Numbered from the stretch's first letter, positions 28,423-39,067 are shown. The stretch is 64,000 nt of DNA from Candidatus Latescibacterota bacterium (GCA_965261395.1 OZ253462.1:3744001-3808000), one strand, 5' to 3'. Notes: generated by a model not told the origin, from the sequence alone. A program made the numbers and translations.

Positions 28423-29634
28423 ATGAGCAATCAGAAAGACTACACCGTCCGAGCCACCCACTGTAGCCACCAAGCGTCGCTGGATGAGATCTACGACAGG
28501 CTGGTGGAAATCACCGCGCCCTTGCACCGGTCGTGGGCCAAGATCGAAAAGGCGCGGAGGATCGGCATCAAGATCAACATGCAGATGCGCACCAATAGCA
28601 TTCGCCGGATCGGCGGGCGGCGGCAGGAACTAGTGGACGACGACGTGATGCGGGCCGTGCTGCGGCTGTTGCGGGAGCGTAGCGACGCGGAAATCTTCGC
28701 GCTCGATACCAGCTTCGCGCCTGCGGGCGAGCGCCCTGGCGACGATTTCAACGCTAGGCCGATCTTGGAGGAATTCGGCGTCGAATACGTCGAGGCTGGC
28801 GACCCGCCCTTTGAGCGCTACAAGGTGCCTGGCGGCGGGATCATGTTTTCCGAGTACCAGCTTTCGGCCGCTTTGGGTGAGGCCGACGCCTTTGTCTCGC
28901 TGGCCAAGATGAAAAATCACGGTTTTATGGGCATCACCCTGTGCCTGAAAAACCTCTTCGGCCTGCCGCCGATTCCGCCGCACGGCCGCTTGCGCACGTA
29001 CTTCCACCACGTCATCCGCCTCTCGTATGTCCTGCCCGACTTGGGGCTGATTGCCCAGCCTTGCCTCAACATTATCGACGGGCTGACCGGTCAGGCGCGC
29101 ATGGAGTGGGGCGGCGAGGGCCGGATCGCCGACTGCTTGGTCGCCGGCGACCACGTCATCGCCACCGACGCCTGCGGTTCGCACCTAATGGGTACCGACC
29201 CTCGGCTCGATTGGCCGACGCCGCCCTTCCGCCGCGATCGCAGCCCAGTGGCAGTGGCCGCTGAGCACGGCTTCGGGACGGTGGACTTGGACGAAATCGA
29301 CTTTGCCATGGAGGGTTTGACGCCGCCGGTGGCCGAGTTCGACTCGGCTGAAGCCGATCCGCCGGAGCAGATTGCGCGGCTGCGGCAGACGGCCAGCGAG
29401 CAGGCGCTTTTTTATTGGGACTACTGCGAGCGGATTTGGGACGCCCACGCCGGCAATTACGTCTTTTTGCAAGACGGCGAGGTGATTTGGAGCGGGCCTG
29501 ATCCCGGGCAAGCGGGCGCTGTGCAGGAGGTCGCCGCTGGCAAAAAGGATCAGGCGGTCTGGCTCAAGCTAGCCGATCCAGCAGAGCGCGAAGGCGAGCG
29601 GATGGAGGTGTACGAGAAGATTCTGGCGGCCTAG
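28423..29634 (+). CDS. DUF362-domain protein
   Basis: IGIKIN, VSLAKMKNHGFMGITLCLKNLFG, NIIDG, DHVIATDA. Confidence 0.85.
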   Translation: MSNQKDYTVRATHCSHQASLDEIYDRLVEITAPLHRSWAKIEKARRIGIKINMQMRTNSIRRIGGRRQELVDDDVMRAVLRLLRERSDAEIFALDTSFAPAGERPGDDFNARPILEEFGVEYVEAGDPPFERYKVPGGGIMFSEYQLSAALGEADAFVSLAKMKNHGFMGITLCLKNLFGLPPIPPHGRLRTYFHHVIRLSYVLPDLGLIAQPCLNIIDGLTGQARMEWGGEGRIADCLVAGDHVIATDACGSHLMGTDPRLDWPTPPFRRDRSPVAVAAEHGFGTVDLDEIDFAMEGLTPPVAEFDSAEADPPEQIARLRQTASEQALFYWDYCERIWDAHAGNYVFLQDGEVIWSGPDPGQAGAVQEVAAGKKDQAVWLKLADPAEREGERMEVYEKILAA

Positions 29635-29646
29635 CGGCTTTTATGC

Positions 29647-30630
29647 TCATTGCACCTCTCGCTCCACCAACGCGCTGATGGCTTCGAGGTCGAGGTCGCT
29701 GCCGTCCTGGGGATAGGTGTAGGGCAGGAGCCACCAGTCCTCGGTGAAGGACGCCTCGCCGCCGGGCGGTATGTTCTCGCGCGGGCCGATTGGCTCTAAC
29801 TCGCACATCAGATCCTTGTAATACCATATCGAGATGGTCAGCCCGGCCAGTTCGCCGTAGGGGCGGTCGGGGTACACCGGATAGCGCTTGATCCACAGTA
29901 GGTCGTTGCGGTCGAGATAGGCAAACCACCCGGCTTGCGAGTCCATGCCGAGCTTGGCTCTGAGCGGCGTGGAGAGGACTTCGAGGAAGTTGTCGCGGAT
30001 GCGGATGTTGGGGTCTTCGGGGTGGTAGTTGATGACCGGGCCAGGGCCGTACATGACATAGGAATCCGGGAAGCGGCTCCCGGGCGTCAGGGGAATGAGC
30101 ACGATTCCGCCGCCGGTGCCAAAGGTGCGGCTCCAGTGCCCCCAGTGTTTTTCGCTGTCGGAGACGTTTTTGATGGTCTGGGTGACGCTCAAGTGCGTAG
30201 AGTCCTCGGCGAGTTGGAAGTCGCGGATGAGTTGGACGCCGGTAGGCTCGTCCTTTTTGCTGATCAGGCGGGCCGAGCGCGGGCCGGTGATTTGGCTTTC
30301 CCACTGTCCGAGCCAGAGGTCGGGATGAGCGGGGATGATCATTTCCGGGCCGATGTCGAGGCGGCCGCCGGTGGGACCGAAGGGAGGATCGCCGCCCTCA
30401 AAGGTCGCGCCTTCTTGCGCGGGGTCGAGGTAGATGGCGTTGGGACCTTTGCGCGAGTATTCGAGGATGCGACCAGCCGATGAGGTGAGGACGACGCGGG
30501 TGTGGGCGTTTTCGAGGAGGATGCAGTCTTCGTAGCCGAAGTAGGTGATGCGGTCGGTACCGGGCATGTTGGGGTCGGCTCCAGCTTGGGTGGCGGCGAG
30601 GCTGAGAAGTAGAAGCGTTAGTCGGCGCAT
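29647..30630 (-). CDS. Secreted galactose-mutarotase-like hypothetical protein
   Basis: Signal peptide; GRILEY, GGRLDIGPE, CELEPIGP beta-sandwich pattern. Confidence 0.55.
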   Translation of the reverse strand: MRRLTLLLLSLAATQAGADPNMPGTDRITYFGYEDCILLENAHTRVVLTSSAGRILEYSRKGPNAIYLDPAQEGATFEGGDPPFGPTGGRLDIGPEMIIPAHPDLWLGQWESQITGPRSARLISKKDEPTGVQLIRDFQLAEDSTHLSVTQTIKNVSDSEKHWGHWSRTFGTGGGIVLIPLTPGSRFPDSYVMYGPGPVINYHPEDPNIRIRDNFLEVLSTPLRAKLGMDSQAGWFAYLDRNDLLWIKRYPVYPDRPYGELAGLTISIWYYKDLMCELEPIGPRENIPPGGEASFTEDWWLLPYTYPQDGSDLDLEAISALVEREVQ

Positions 30631-30643
30631 AGCGTGTTTTTCC

Positions 30644-31618
30644 TTACTGATTGGGATTGACGATGACGCGGCCTTGGACTTTGCCTGCTAAGATGTCCTT
30701 GCCGAGGCGGGGGACGTCGGCTAAACCGACCTCAGTGCAGATAAGATCTAATTTTTCCAAGGGCAGTTCGGTGGCCAAGCGCGCCCAAGCGGCAGCGCGG
30801 CGCTCGGCTGGGTAGAACACGGAGTCGATGCCGAGGATGTTGACGCCGCGCAGCAAAAAGGGGATGACGGTAGTTGTGAGTTGGGCACCGCCGGCTAAGC
30901 CCACCGAGGCGACGGAACCCCCGTAGGCCATCTGGGCCAAGGCGCGGGCTAGCGTGGTACCGCCGACCGAGTCGATGCAGGCGGCCCAGCGCGCACTTTC
31001 CAAGGGTTTGTTGGATGGCTCGGCGAGGTCTTGGCGCGGGATGATGGTCTGGGCACCGAGATCTTTTAGATAGGGTTCGAGTTCGGGGCGGCCCGTGGAT
31101 GCGGCGACTTGGTAGCCCAGCGAGGCGAGGAGTAGGACGGATAAGGAGCCGACGCCGCCGGCCGCCCCGGTGACGAGGACCCCGCCTTTGTCGGGCGTGA
31201 GGCCGTGGGCTTCGAGCGCTTCTAAGGAGATGGCCGCGGTCAGGCCAGCGGCACCTAATCCCATGGCATTGCGCAGGGTTAGGCCGGCGGGTAGGGGCAC
31301 GAGCCAGTCGGCCTTGAGCCGCGCCTTTTGCGCGTAGCCGCCCCAGTGGATTTCGCCGACGCGCCAGCCAGTGCATATAACTTGGTCGCCGGGCTGGAAC
31401 TGGTCGCTCTGGCTGTGGACGACAGTGCCGGCGAGGTCGATGCCGGGGACGTGGGGGTAGGTTTTGACCAAGCCGCCCAAGCCGTTGAGGACCAGCCCGT
31501 CCTTGTAGTTGAGCGAGGAGTACGCAACGGCGATTTCTACGTCGCCGGCGGGCAGGCGGCTTTCGTCGAGTTCTTCGATGAGGGCAGAGTGCTCATGTAA
31601 GATGAGTGCTTTGAACAT
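30644..31618 (-). CDS. acuI: Acryloyl-CoA reductase AcuI/YhdH family (MDR)
   Basis: YSSLNYKDG, VPGIDLAG, VTGAAGGVGS, PFLLRGVNILGIDSV. Confidence 0.85.
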   Translation of the reverse strand: MFKALILHEHSALIEELDESRLPAGDVEIAVAYSSLNYKDGLVLNGLGGLVKTYPHVPGIDLAGTVVHSQSDQFQPGDQVICTGWRVGEIHWGGYAQKARLKADWLVPLPAGLTLRNAMGLGAAGLTAAISLEALEAHGLTPDKGGVLVTGAAGGVGSLSVLLLASLGYQVAASTGRPELEPYLKDLGAQTIIPRQDLAEPSNKPLESARWAACIDSVGGTTLARALAQMAYGGSVASVGLAGGAQLTTTVIPFLLRGVNILGIDSVFYPAERRAAAWARLATELPLEKLDLICTEVGLADVPRLGKDILAGKVQGRVIVNPNQ

Positions 31619-31693
31619 GGTTCCTATTAAGATCAAAAGAGGGGACTGAAGCAAGCGAACAGTCCGCCGACAGACGATCTGCCGGGGGATTTA

Positions 31694-32558
31694 GAAGCTG
31701 TTGAGTTAAAGTTATTTTGTATGTTATTTTGTCGTAACCGCTTTTTTCGTCTAGGATTTAGGAGGTTTGTATTATGCTTGGGTATCCCAGTGACGTGACC
31801 GATGCAGAATGGGCGTTGCTGGCTCCTTTTTTTGCTCGCCCCGATCCGCGGGGCAATCCGGGCAAGTATGCCAAACGGGATGTGGTCAATGCTATTTTCT
31901 ATGTGGTCAAAGGCGGCATCCCCTGGCGGATGCTTCCGTTGGATTTTCCGCCGTGGGACACCGTGTATGACCATTACCGGCGCTGGAATCAGCGCGGGGT
32001 GTGGGAACAAGCTTTGGATGCGCTGAACGAGCGCGCACGACACAAGCAGGGCAAACACAAGCATCCGACCTACGCCTTGGTCGATTCGCAATCGGTTAAG
32101 ACCCAATATGCCAGTCAGGATCGAGGCATCGACGGGGGAAAAAAAGATCAAAGGTCGTAAACGCCACATCGCCACTGATACGCTAGGTAACATGCTAACG
32201 GTCCAAGTCCATGCGGCCAATCTCGCCGATACCAGCCAAGGATGGGATGTCTGCGACCAAGTCGCCGAAAAGTATGATTCGATACAAGCGTTCTGCGGCG
32301 ACCAAGGATACCGAGGCACCACCGTCGAATTCGTCGAAAACCTGTTGGGATTGCGGCTGGATATAACCGATAAGCCAACCCAAGGGTTCCAAGTGGTGCC
32401 CAAACGCTGGATCATCGAACGAACGTTTGCTTGGTTGGGGGGATTTCGTCGCTTGGCCAAGGACTTTGAAATACGCACTCGATCCGCCGAAAACATGATT
32501 CGTATCGCCATGATAAACATTACCGTCGCTAAATGTGTCTGAATAACTCAACAGCTTC
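31694..32558 (+). mobile_element. IS5-family element, transposase split by a frameshift motif (31774-32542)
   Basis: Perfect 15-bp inverted repeats GAAGCTGTTGAGTTA, target duplication TTA. YPSDVTDAEW, GGGGGAAAAAAAG at 32134-32146, KRWIIERTFAWL. Confidence 0.95.
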
Positions 32559-32723
32559 TTATGGTAGGGTCTCGGTTTGAAATCCGCAAACTAATCCGCA
32601 GATGGCGCAGATAGCGCAGATAGCGCGGAGGGGTGAATCGACCGTTTTAGTGCCGACGATTTTCAGAACGAACCTACGGTCGGACAAAGAAGGACGAGAA
32701 TACGCGGACGAAACCTGTCGGTT

Positions 32724-33172
32724 TCAAGTAATTAGCCTCTGATCGAAGCGGCAGTGTGTATTTGCGCGAAGTCGGGATGCTGTGGATTTAAGAGGAAATT
32801 GTGTTCCTGCGGAACGACGGCACTGGGAACGACGAGCACTGCTGATTCACTAGCGGCGGCCCACATTGACCCCATCTCTTGGACGTTCGGTGGTGCCGGA
32901 TCGGACGACCAATTATCGGGTAAGGCGTCCAACGCTAGCATCTTGCACAGGCTGTCGTCAAATTCGACCGGAATGCTCAGATATCGATCAAGAGTTGCGG
33001 CGGAGTCGAGGTTGACGAGGATTTCGAGTGTGGCCAACGACAGCGATTCCGCCGTATAGATGATAGGGGTGCCTCGGCGATTCCAGCGTCCCCCGAAAAG
33101 ACGCGCTCCTTCTCCTGCAAAGGCTCGATCTGCGAAGCGCATCTGGACGATGCGCCAAGCCCGGATGATCAC
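32724..33172 (-). pseudogene. RES-domain toxin with frameshifted C-terminus
   Basis: GGRWN, YTAES.SLA.LE, VPSAVVP.E.NFLLNP.HPDF. The expected terminal RFDQRL is present but out of frame. Confidence 0.72.
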
Positions 33173-33684
33173 GAAAACACACCGTACTCGAGGCGACCGA
33201 GGAGGTTTTCGACCTCGCGGGCACCAGGCTCGGTGTCGGCGTATTGCAATGGCGTCTTCATGCCGAGGGCCTTCTTCGGCTCTTTGAACCACGCCCTCGC
33301 CCGCTCTTGGTCGCCCAAGACTTCAATCGCCCGGTCGTATAGCACGGCAATGCGGAATAAACGCTCGGATTCATCGGTTTGGAGGCGGCCTTCTTTGCGG
33401 CGGCGATTGAGCGTCCGAACCGCGATATTAGCCGCGTTGGCCAACGTCTTGGCCGGTACGGCCATGGCGGCTTGAAGGTCGTCAAAAGCGTTCATAGGCA
33501 ACCCGCGCTTGAGCTGGCGGATCAGGGTTCCGGTATCTTTGAACGACAGTCCCGCAGAGGCCCCATAGGAAGGTCCGCTGGGGGCGTCCGCGCTGATGGT
33601 TGAAGCGGCCAAAGGCTTCGCGCCTTCGGAAGCCCAAACATAGGTGCCCGTGGGTTTATTTTTTTTCTTAGACGATGGAGACAT
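33169..33684 (-). CDS. Xre/MbcA/ParS antitoxin
   Basis: RTLNRRRKEGRL..DESERL, W...P..ALG..PL, LLGRLEYGVFS. GCCATAT/ATATGGC inverted repeat upstream. Confidence 0.9.
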   Translation of the reverse strand: MSPSSKKKNKPTGTYVWASEGAKPLAASTISADAPSGPSYGASAGLSFKDTGTLIRQLKRGLPMNAFDDLQAAMAVPAKTLANAANIAVRTLNRRRKEGRLQTDESERLFRIAVLYDRAIEVLGDQERARAWFKEPKKALGMKTPLQYADTEPGAREVENLLGRLEYGVFS

Positions 33685-33946
33685 GGTGGGAGCTCGTTCT
33701 CCTTTTCGTGAAGGAGATAAGGCTATATTGCCATATAAGATAGGCCATATGGCGTTATTGAACAATCCGCTAGCGGCAGTTCTTTACAATTTTAGCGATG
33801 TTGGCACGGGACTAAGTGGGCGTCTGTGGTAGGGTCCGGAGGTCATCCACAGGCGGTTATGTCTCTTGTGTGCGAGAGGCTGCTGTGTTGGAAATTATAT
33901 GGAGTGGCGAGACTTGCTCCGCGCTTTAGAGACGCTAATTGATCCC

Positions 33947-35022
33947 CTACTCCCATCCCGGGGGATTAGATCCGTTTAGACAGAAGAAGAGTTGGACGTG
34001 CCCACACTTGTTACAGGTGAATATCTTGAAGGCAGCCCCCCCGGATTCAACCCGAAACTTCTAGTGGCCGTAGAGTCCTTGTCCGTAAATAGTCGATACT
34101 TCCCGAAACCACAAATCCTACACGGGCGCTCAAAATCTCCTATTGGATCTGCACCGAGTCTTAGGGCATCGAGGAGATTGTCGATCTGCTCAAGTAGCAG
34201 ATCCGCGTCTTCAAGACAGTCCTTTTCATGTTCAACAAGGCACTTATCGAGCAAGTCATTAAGAAATGCCATTTCGGGCCTATCAGGGAATTGTCTCTTA
34301 AGATCGAATTCCTCTTCTTGGTGAGCCCAAAGGCGGAGAAGTGGAGTACGCGATACCATTGACCAGATGGTCTTACCCAATGAAAAGACATCGAAACTGG
34401 GTTTTATATCTTCTATCCGCATACGTGTAGCCCATGGTGGCATCCAGTCGGTACTACCCACGTTTTCGTAGGTACCGCTGAGCCTCGTGTGTTCTCTATC
34501 CATGAAAAACACGAGGCCAAAGTCGCCAAGTACTAGTTGTTCACTCTCATCTACGAAAATGTTCTCTGGCTTGATGTCACGATGGACGAGTCCCTTTCCG
34601 TGCAAGGTGGCAACCCCTTCAACGACCGGCCGAATTGCGGTTAGGGTGCGTTCTACTTGACCGATAAACCAGCCGGATCTGTCTTTCAAGGTTCCCTTGG
34701 GATGGTATTTTGAGACAAACCACTTCTCATCAAGATTATGATCTTCAATCTTCAGGAGGCTCGGGTGGTCAGCTTGCGTCATAGCCTCCAACTCGCGTTT
34801 TAGCCGTTTCTCTGCATCCTTGGAATTCCGGGCTTTATTCAGCGGGTGAAGAATTTTGAGCGCACCGTGGTTTATAGGATTTTCAGCATGCATAATTTCG
34901 GCAATGCCTTTTCGTATCTGCTCCTCTGTACTCTGATCTGGTTTCTGCAGACTGCCAACCTGCGCCAAGCCGATCGGACGCCGCATCCTTGACCAATCCT
35001 CCTTGTGATAAGCCGCGCCCAT
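33947..35022 (-). pseudogene. Ser/Thr protein kinase with C-terminal Zn ribbon; no recognisable Gly-rich loop and frameshifted at a G7 run
   Basis: ALKIL, HRDIKPEN, DFG. CRICG is in frame; CNKCG is in frame only if the C7 at 34036-34042 gains one base. Confidence 0.72.
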
Positions 35023-35105
35023 CCGCGTCGAAGCTAGTCACAAAAGCAGAGCACTGCCGCTGACCGAGGAAGATCAACGAGGCTTCACCACAGAGCAACC
35101 GGCGT

Positions 35106-36702
35106 TCACTGACAGAAGGCTAGCCCTAGGTCGTCTAAGTCATTGAACGATATAGCTTGCAGTGCTGAGGGTATGCACCCGGTTAACTCGTTGTCGTTGA
35201 GATATAGGTATCGCAGGTTTTCGAGTTGTCCCAACGTTTCGGGAATTGGCCCCGTCAACTGATTGTCGCTGAGCCACAGGTATTGCAGGTTATTGAGTTG
35301 TCCGATTGTTTCGGGGATCGGTCCCGTCAACCCGTTGGCGAGGAGAGATAGGCTAGTAACCCGCCCATTTTCGTCAGTTTCGACGCCGAGCCATTCGCTC
35401 AGCGGTGTTCCACTTAGCCATTTGGTGTTGTTCCCCCAGTGGTCGCCGCCGGTAGACTCATATAAAGCGACCAACGCGGCCACCTGAGGCTCTTCTACTA
35501 TAATATATATGACAAGAATATAGCTCTAGGCGGTGTAAGTCATTGTTCGGTATGGCGTACAATGCTAAGGGGATGCACCCCGTCAACTGGTTGCCGCCGA
35601 GGTACAGGTCTTGCAGGTTTTTGAGTTGTCCGATTGTTTCGGGAATCGTCCCTGTCATCGTCCCTGTCAACTGATTGTTCACGAGGCTCAGGTCTTGCAG
35701 GTTGTTGAGTTGTCCGATTGTTTCGGGGATTGATCCCGTCAACTGGTTGCCGCCGAGGTACAGGTCTTGCAGGTTGTTGAGTTGTCCGATTGTTTCGGGG
35801 ATTGATCCCGTCAACTGGTTGCTGTTGAGCCATAGGTCTTGCAGGTTGTTGAGTTGTCCCAACGCTTCGGGTATCGATCCCGTCAACTCGTTGTAAGCGA
35901 GGTCTAGGCTGATGACACGCCCTTCGTCGTCAGTGGTAACGCCGTGCCATTGATCGAGCGGGTACGTGTTGATGAGCCAGTTCGTATTGTACTTCCAGTT
36001 GCCTCCGCCGGTAGCCTCATAGAACGCGACTAACACAGCCCGATCTTGTTCAACGGCGTCCGCGACCACAGTCTGTTCAGTGGCTAAACCGATTCCATCC
36101 GGCAACGTCGGGTCAAGCGGATTCGCAATATAGGTCATAATAAGAAGGACATCCGCTAGGTTTATCAGGCCGTCCTCGTTGACGTCACCTAGGGCGATAT
36201 TGCCTTGGTTGGGCGCTACGAAGGAGAAGCGTTCTAGGGTATAAAGCAGCACGAGCAGCGCGTCCGCTATATCGACTTGATTATCGTTGTTGACATCGCC
36301 CAATATGCCCACCGCTTGTGCGGCCTTGCCCGCAGCATACGACCGAGGAGCCTCATCGATGGTTATGGCCCCTCCCGTAAAAGCAAACGCCGTGTCCACA
36401 TGGGTTGTCATATAGGGACCGGAAACGCCCAACCAGTAGCTCGGTCGCTGGGGCACAGAGACCTCGAAGCCTCCTTGGTCATCCACCGGCGCACGGGCCA
36501 GCACTACTAGACGCTCCGCGTCGATGATAACCACCTCGGCCTCTGACACCGCAGAACTCTCACCCGTCACAATCTGGCCTCGTTGGACCTGTTCCGGTCC
36601 AGACGGATAGAGCGGGTTGGAAGATTGGTTTTCGAACCGGAGGTTGCTGTCGCCACAAGCGATCATCGACAAGGCGGATATCAGAACAAATAGGCTACGC
36701 AT
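35106..36702 (-). CDS. Lipoprotein with dockerin-like domain and plant-type LRR modules, split by a frameshift near 35505
   Basis: Lipobox SMIAC, paired GDVN.D repeats, 24-aa LRRs NQLTGSIPETIGQLNNLQDL. The second module (35106-35483) is in another frame. Confidence 0.82.
35575..35890 (-). repeat. About four 72-bp tandem repeats encoding LRRs
   Basis: Recurrent CCCGTCAACT...GGTCTTGCAGGTTGTTGAGTTGTCC at 72-nt period; one unit has a 12-bp duplication (LTGTMTGT). Confidence 0.85.
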
Positions 36703-36779
36703 GGCATGTTTTTCCGGTTTAGAGTGAAGGGTCTTCGTCTTTTCAGTATATCGTTTAGCGTCTTGATCTGGAGGTGTAT

Positions 36780-36998
36780 TCATGGCGAAGTAATAGGCGT
36801 GAGACTGAACACACGTGAACATTTTGCAGCGGTCTTAATGTCTCCTCGACGAAGGGCTTCCCGCACCTCGTCGAGACGATATGCGTCTTCAAGAGAAAGG
36901 TACGGGGACCATCCTTCAGGTTCTTCTAGTAGCTCTACGTCAACTTCCGCAACGTAGATTCCTTCGTGAACGAGCTTCGTCCGTTCTTTCTTATTCAC
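36780..36998 (-). CDS. Small hypothetical protein (possibly an antitoxin)
   Basis: 72-aa ORF, KLVHEG.YVAEVDVEL...WSPYLSLEDAY. Confidence 0.55.
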   Translation of the reverse strand: MNKKERTKLVHEGIYVAEVDVELLEEPEGWSPYLSLEDAYRLDEVREALRRGDIKTAAKCSRVFSLTPITSP

Positions 36999-37016
36999 TG
37001 ACGTTACGCAGTGCCC

Positions 37017-37892
37017 CTACTCGGCTTCGTCTAACAGGTGCCTAAAGGCTTCGAGGCTCGGCACCTGTACAGCCGCCCGAAACAACTGCTTGAGGCGCTG
37101 CACATCGTCGATGGCCCCAATGCGGTCGGCCAACGGATCCGACGCGGCCAGCCCAAAGCGAATCTCCAGCACATCGAGCAAATCTTCAACGGCGCGTTCT
37201 CGGCCGCCTCGCTCGATGCCCTTTTCCGTGAAATACTGCACGATCGACGATTCGTACATGGTCTCCTCCGACATGATGGTCATGATGGTCTCTGATTTAT
37301 ACACCAATCCGCTCAAAATCGCAAGATCGGCCAGATAATTCGCCTTGAGAGTCTCGTCCATCGGCACCTGCTGCGCCCGGTTCACACACTGGCGCAACCA
37401 CGCTTCCGCATCCACCCCCACCGGCTGCTGCATTAACGGCGCAAAAGGGATCAAGCCCGAATGCCCCTCGTCGAGGATGCGTTGGCCGTCTAGTTCACTC
37501 AGCCGAATCACCTGGTATTGCACCAACACGCGGAAGCTGTGCCGTTCTTGGATATAGTGCCCTGGATCGGTTCGGCCCGCCTCCGGGCGCAGATAGATGA
37601 CGCTAGAATAGATCGGCAGGCCGTGCTGCTCAATGCCGCGCCCGATATAGCCAGCCATGCGGCGCGGCATCGGCGGGGTGCTGTCGGTGGTTTGAAATTC
37701 GTGATGGACTAACGCCTCCTCGCTGCCGATGCGCACGCGGATGAGGCTATCAGTGCGATGGGCTTCGACCGTGGGTTGCTCCGTGTCGATCACGTCGAGT
37801 ACCTCAAGGTCGTCTTGCTGGAGGGCGAAGCGGGCGAAGTCGTGGGGGTAGGTGTGGATGAGGTGCTTGGAAATCGTGTCGAATTCGGCCAT
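37017..37892 (-). CDS. Rpn-family PD-(D/E)xK nuclease
   Basis: RTDSL, HHEFQT, MPRRMAGY, SSVIYL and C-terminal EKGIERG...LEIRFG. True start MAEFD. Confidence 0.82.
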   Translation of the reverse strand: MAEFDTISKHLIHTYPHDFARFALQQDDLEVLDVIDTEQPTVEAHRTDSLIRVRIGSEEALVHHEFQTTDSTPPMPRRMAGYIGRGIEQHGLPIYSSVIYLRPEAGRTDPGHYIQERHSFRVLVQYQVIRLSELDGQRILDEGHSGLIPFAPLMQQPVGVDAEAWLRQCVNRAQQVPMDETLKANYLADLAILSGLVYKSETIMTIMSEETMYESSIVQYFTEKGIERGGRERAVEDLLDVLEIRFGLAASDPLADRIGAIDDVQRLKQLFRAAVQVPSLEAFRHLLDEAE

Positions 37893-37904
37893 GGCGATCC
37901 ATCG

Positions 37905-38012
37905 GGAATTAGGAACCGAGAATTGAGAATCAGGAATTAGAGCTTGCCAAGCCGTCCGAACTGGGGGGCGGTTGGGTCTATTCATGATTCCTAATTCGTA
38001 GTTCCTAATTGC
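37905..38012. repeat. Two heptamer arrays in inverted orientation
   Basis: Five GGAATTA-like units at 37905-37939 and four complementary units at 37985-38012. Confidence 0.75.
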
Positions 38013-38150
38013 AATATCCATGCCAAGGCCAAGTGCAGCGGGACGGACGGGGCCGCGCAGGGTGAGACTGTATCGGGCACAACCCATAAATGAGACCTTT
38101 AGGGGATAAGCCGACCGCGTAACATCAGTGGTATAATACGCTTAGAGTGT

Positions 38151-38963
38151 TCACTCCACAGGTATTTCGTCGTTGAAAACTTGGGTGCGTTTCATCAGGC
38201 GGCGCTGGTCTGGGGGGAAGGCGAGGCGGCGGTGCATGGTCGGGCGGTTGTCGAAGAGGACGAGGTCGCCGACTTGCCACTCATGGGTCCAGACGAAGCG
38301 CGGCTGTTCGAGATGGGCGTACAGTTCGCCGAGCAGGGCGTCGCTGTCTTGGCGGCTGAGGCCGACGACGTATTTGGTCAGGTGCGGCCCTACGTAGAGC
38401 GAGCGGCGACCTGTTTCGGGGTGCGTGCGGACGATGGGGTGGGCGATGCGCTCGGGAGGGTTTTGCGCTTCGACGTAGTGGCGATGCACGGCGCGCATTC
38501 CCTTGAGGCGGCTTTTCCAAGCGTCGTCGAGCGCTTTGTAGGCAGCCGTGCAATTGCACTACTGGGTCTGGCCGCCCTGGGAGGGAATCTCCACCGCATA
38601 GAGCACCGACAGGGTGCCAGGACGCAGCAGGTAGGAAAGATCCGAGTGGAAGGGGATCAGTTCGGCGCCTAGTTCGCCGATTGGCTCGCCGTTTTCTTTG
38701 ACATTGGAGATGAGGAAAATCTCCTTGACTCGCCGTGGGCGCTGCTTGCGCACGTGGGGTACGGGTTTGCCAAAGTGCGCGGTGAAACGCACTAGGTCCT
38801 CGTCGCTGAGTTGCTGCTGGCGAAAGAAGACCACGCCGTGATCGAGCAGTGCCTGGCGCACCTGCACAACTTGGTCGGGCGCGAGCGGTGCGGACAGGTC
38901 GCAACCTTTGATCTCCGCGCCGAGCGCGCCGCCGGTGGGCACGATTTGTATCTCAGAGTCCAT
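38151..38963 (-). pseudogene. TauD/TfdA dioxygenase with in-frame TAG
   Basis: LGAEIKG, FHSD, DNRPTMHR. Stop at 38559-38561 in GGQTQ*CNCTAAY with the frame continuing. Confidence 0.88.
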
Positions 38964-39067
38964 TTGAAAATCCCGCGTACGCCCCAAACAACGTCATCCC
39001 GCATCTGCGTTTAGCTGCGGATACTTTGCCCCCATGCGACCGTCGCCGGGAGTTTTTAGACGGCTTC

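Noticed and set aside
35575-35890. Regular repeats resembling a CRISPR array
   Set aside because: They are in-frame 72-bp LRR coding units without unique spacers, and no cas genes are present.
8790-38561. Alternative genetic code explaining in-frame stops
   Set aside because: The internal stops are of all three types (TAA, TGA, TAG), and all three terminate intact genes here.
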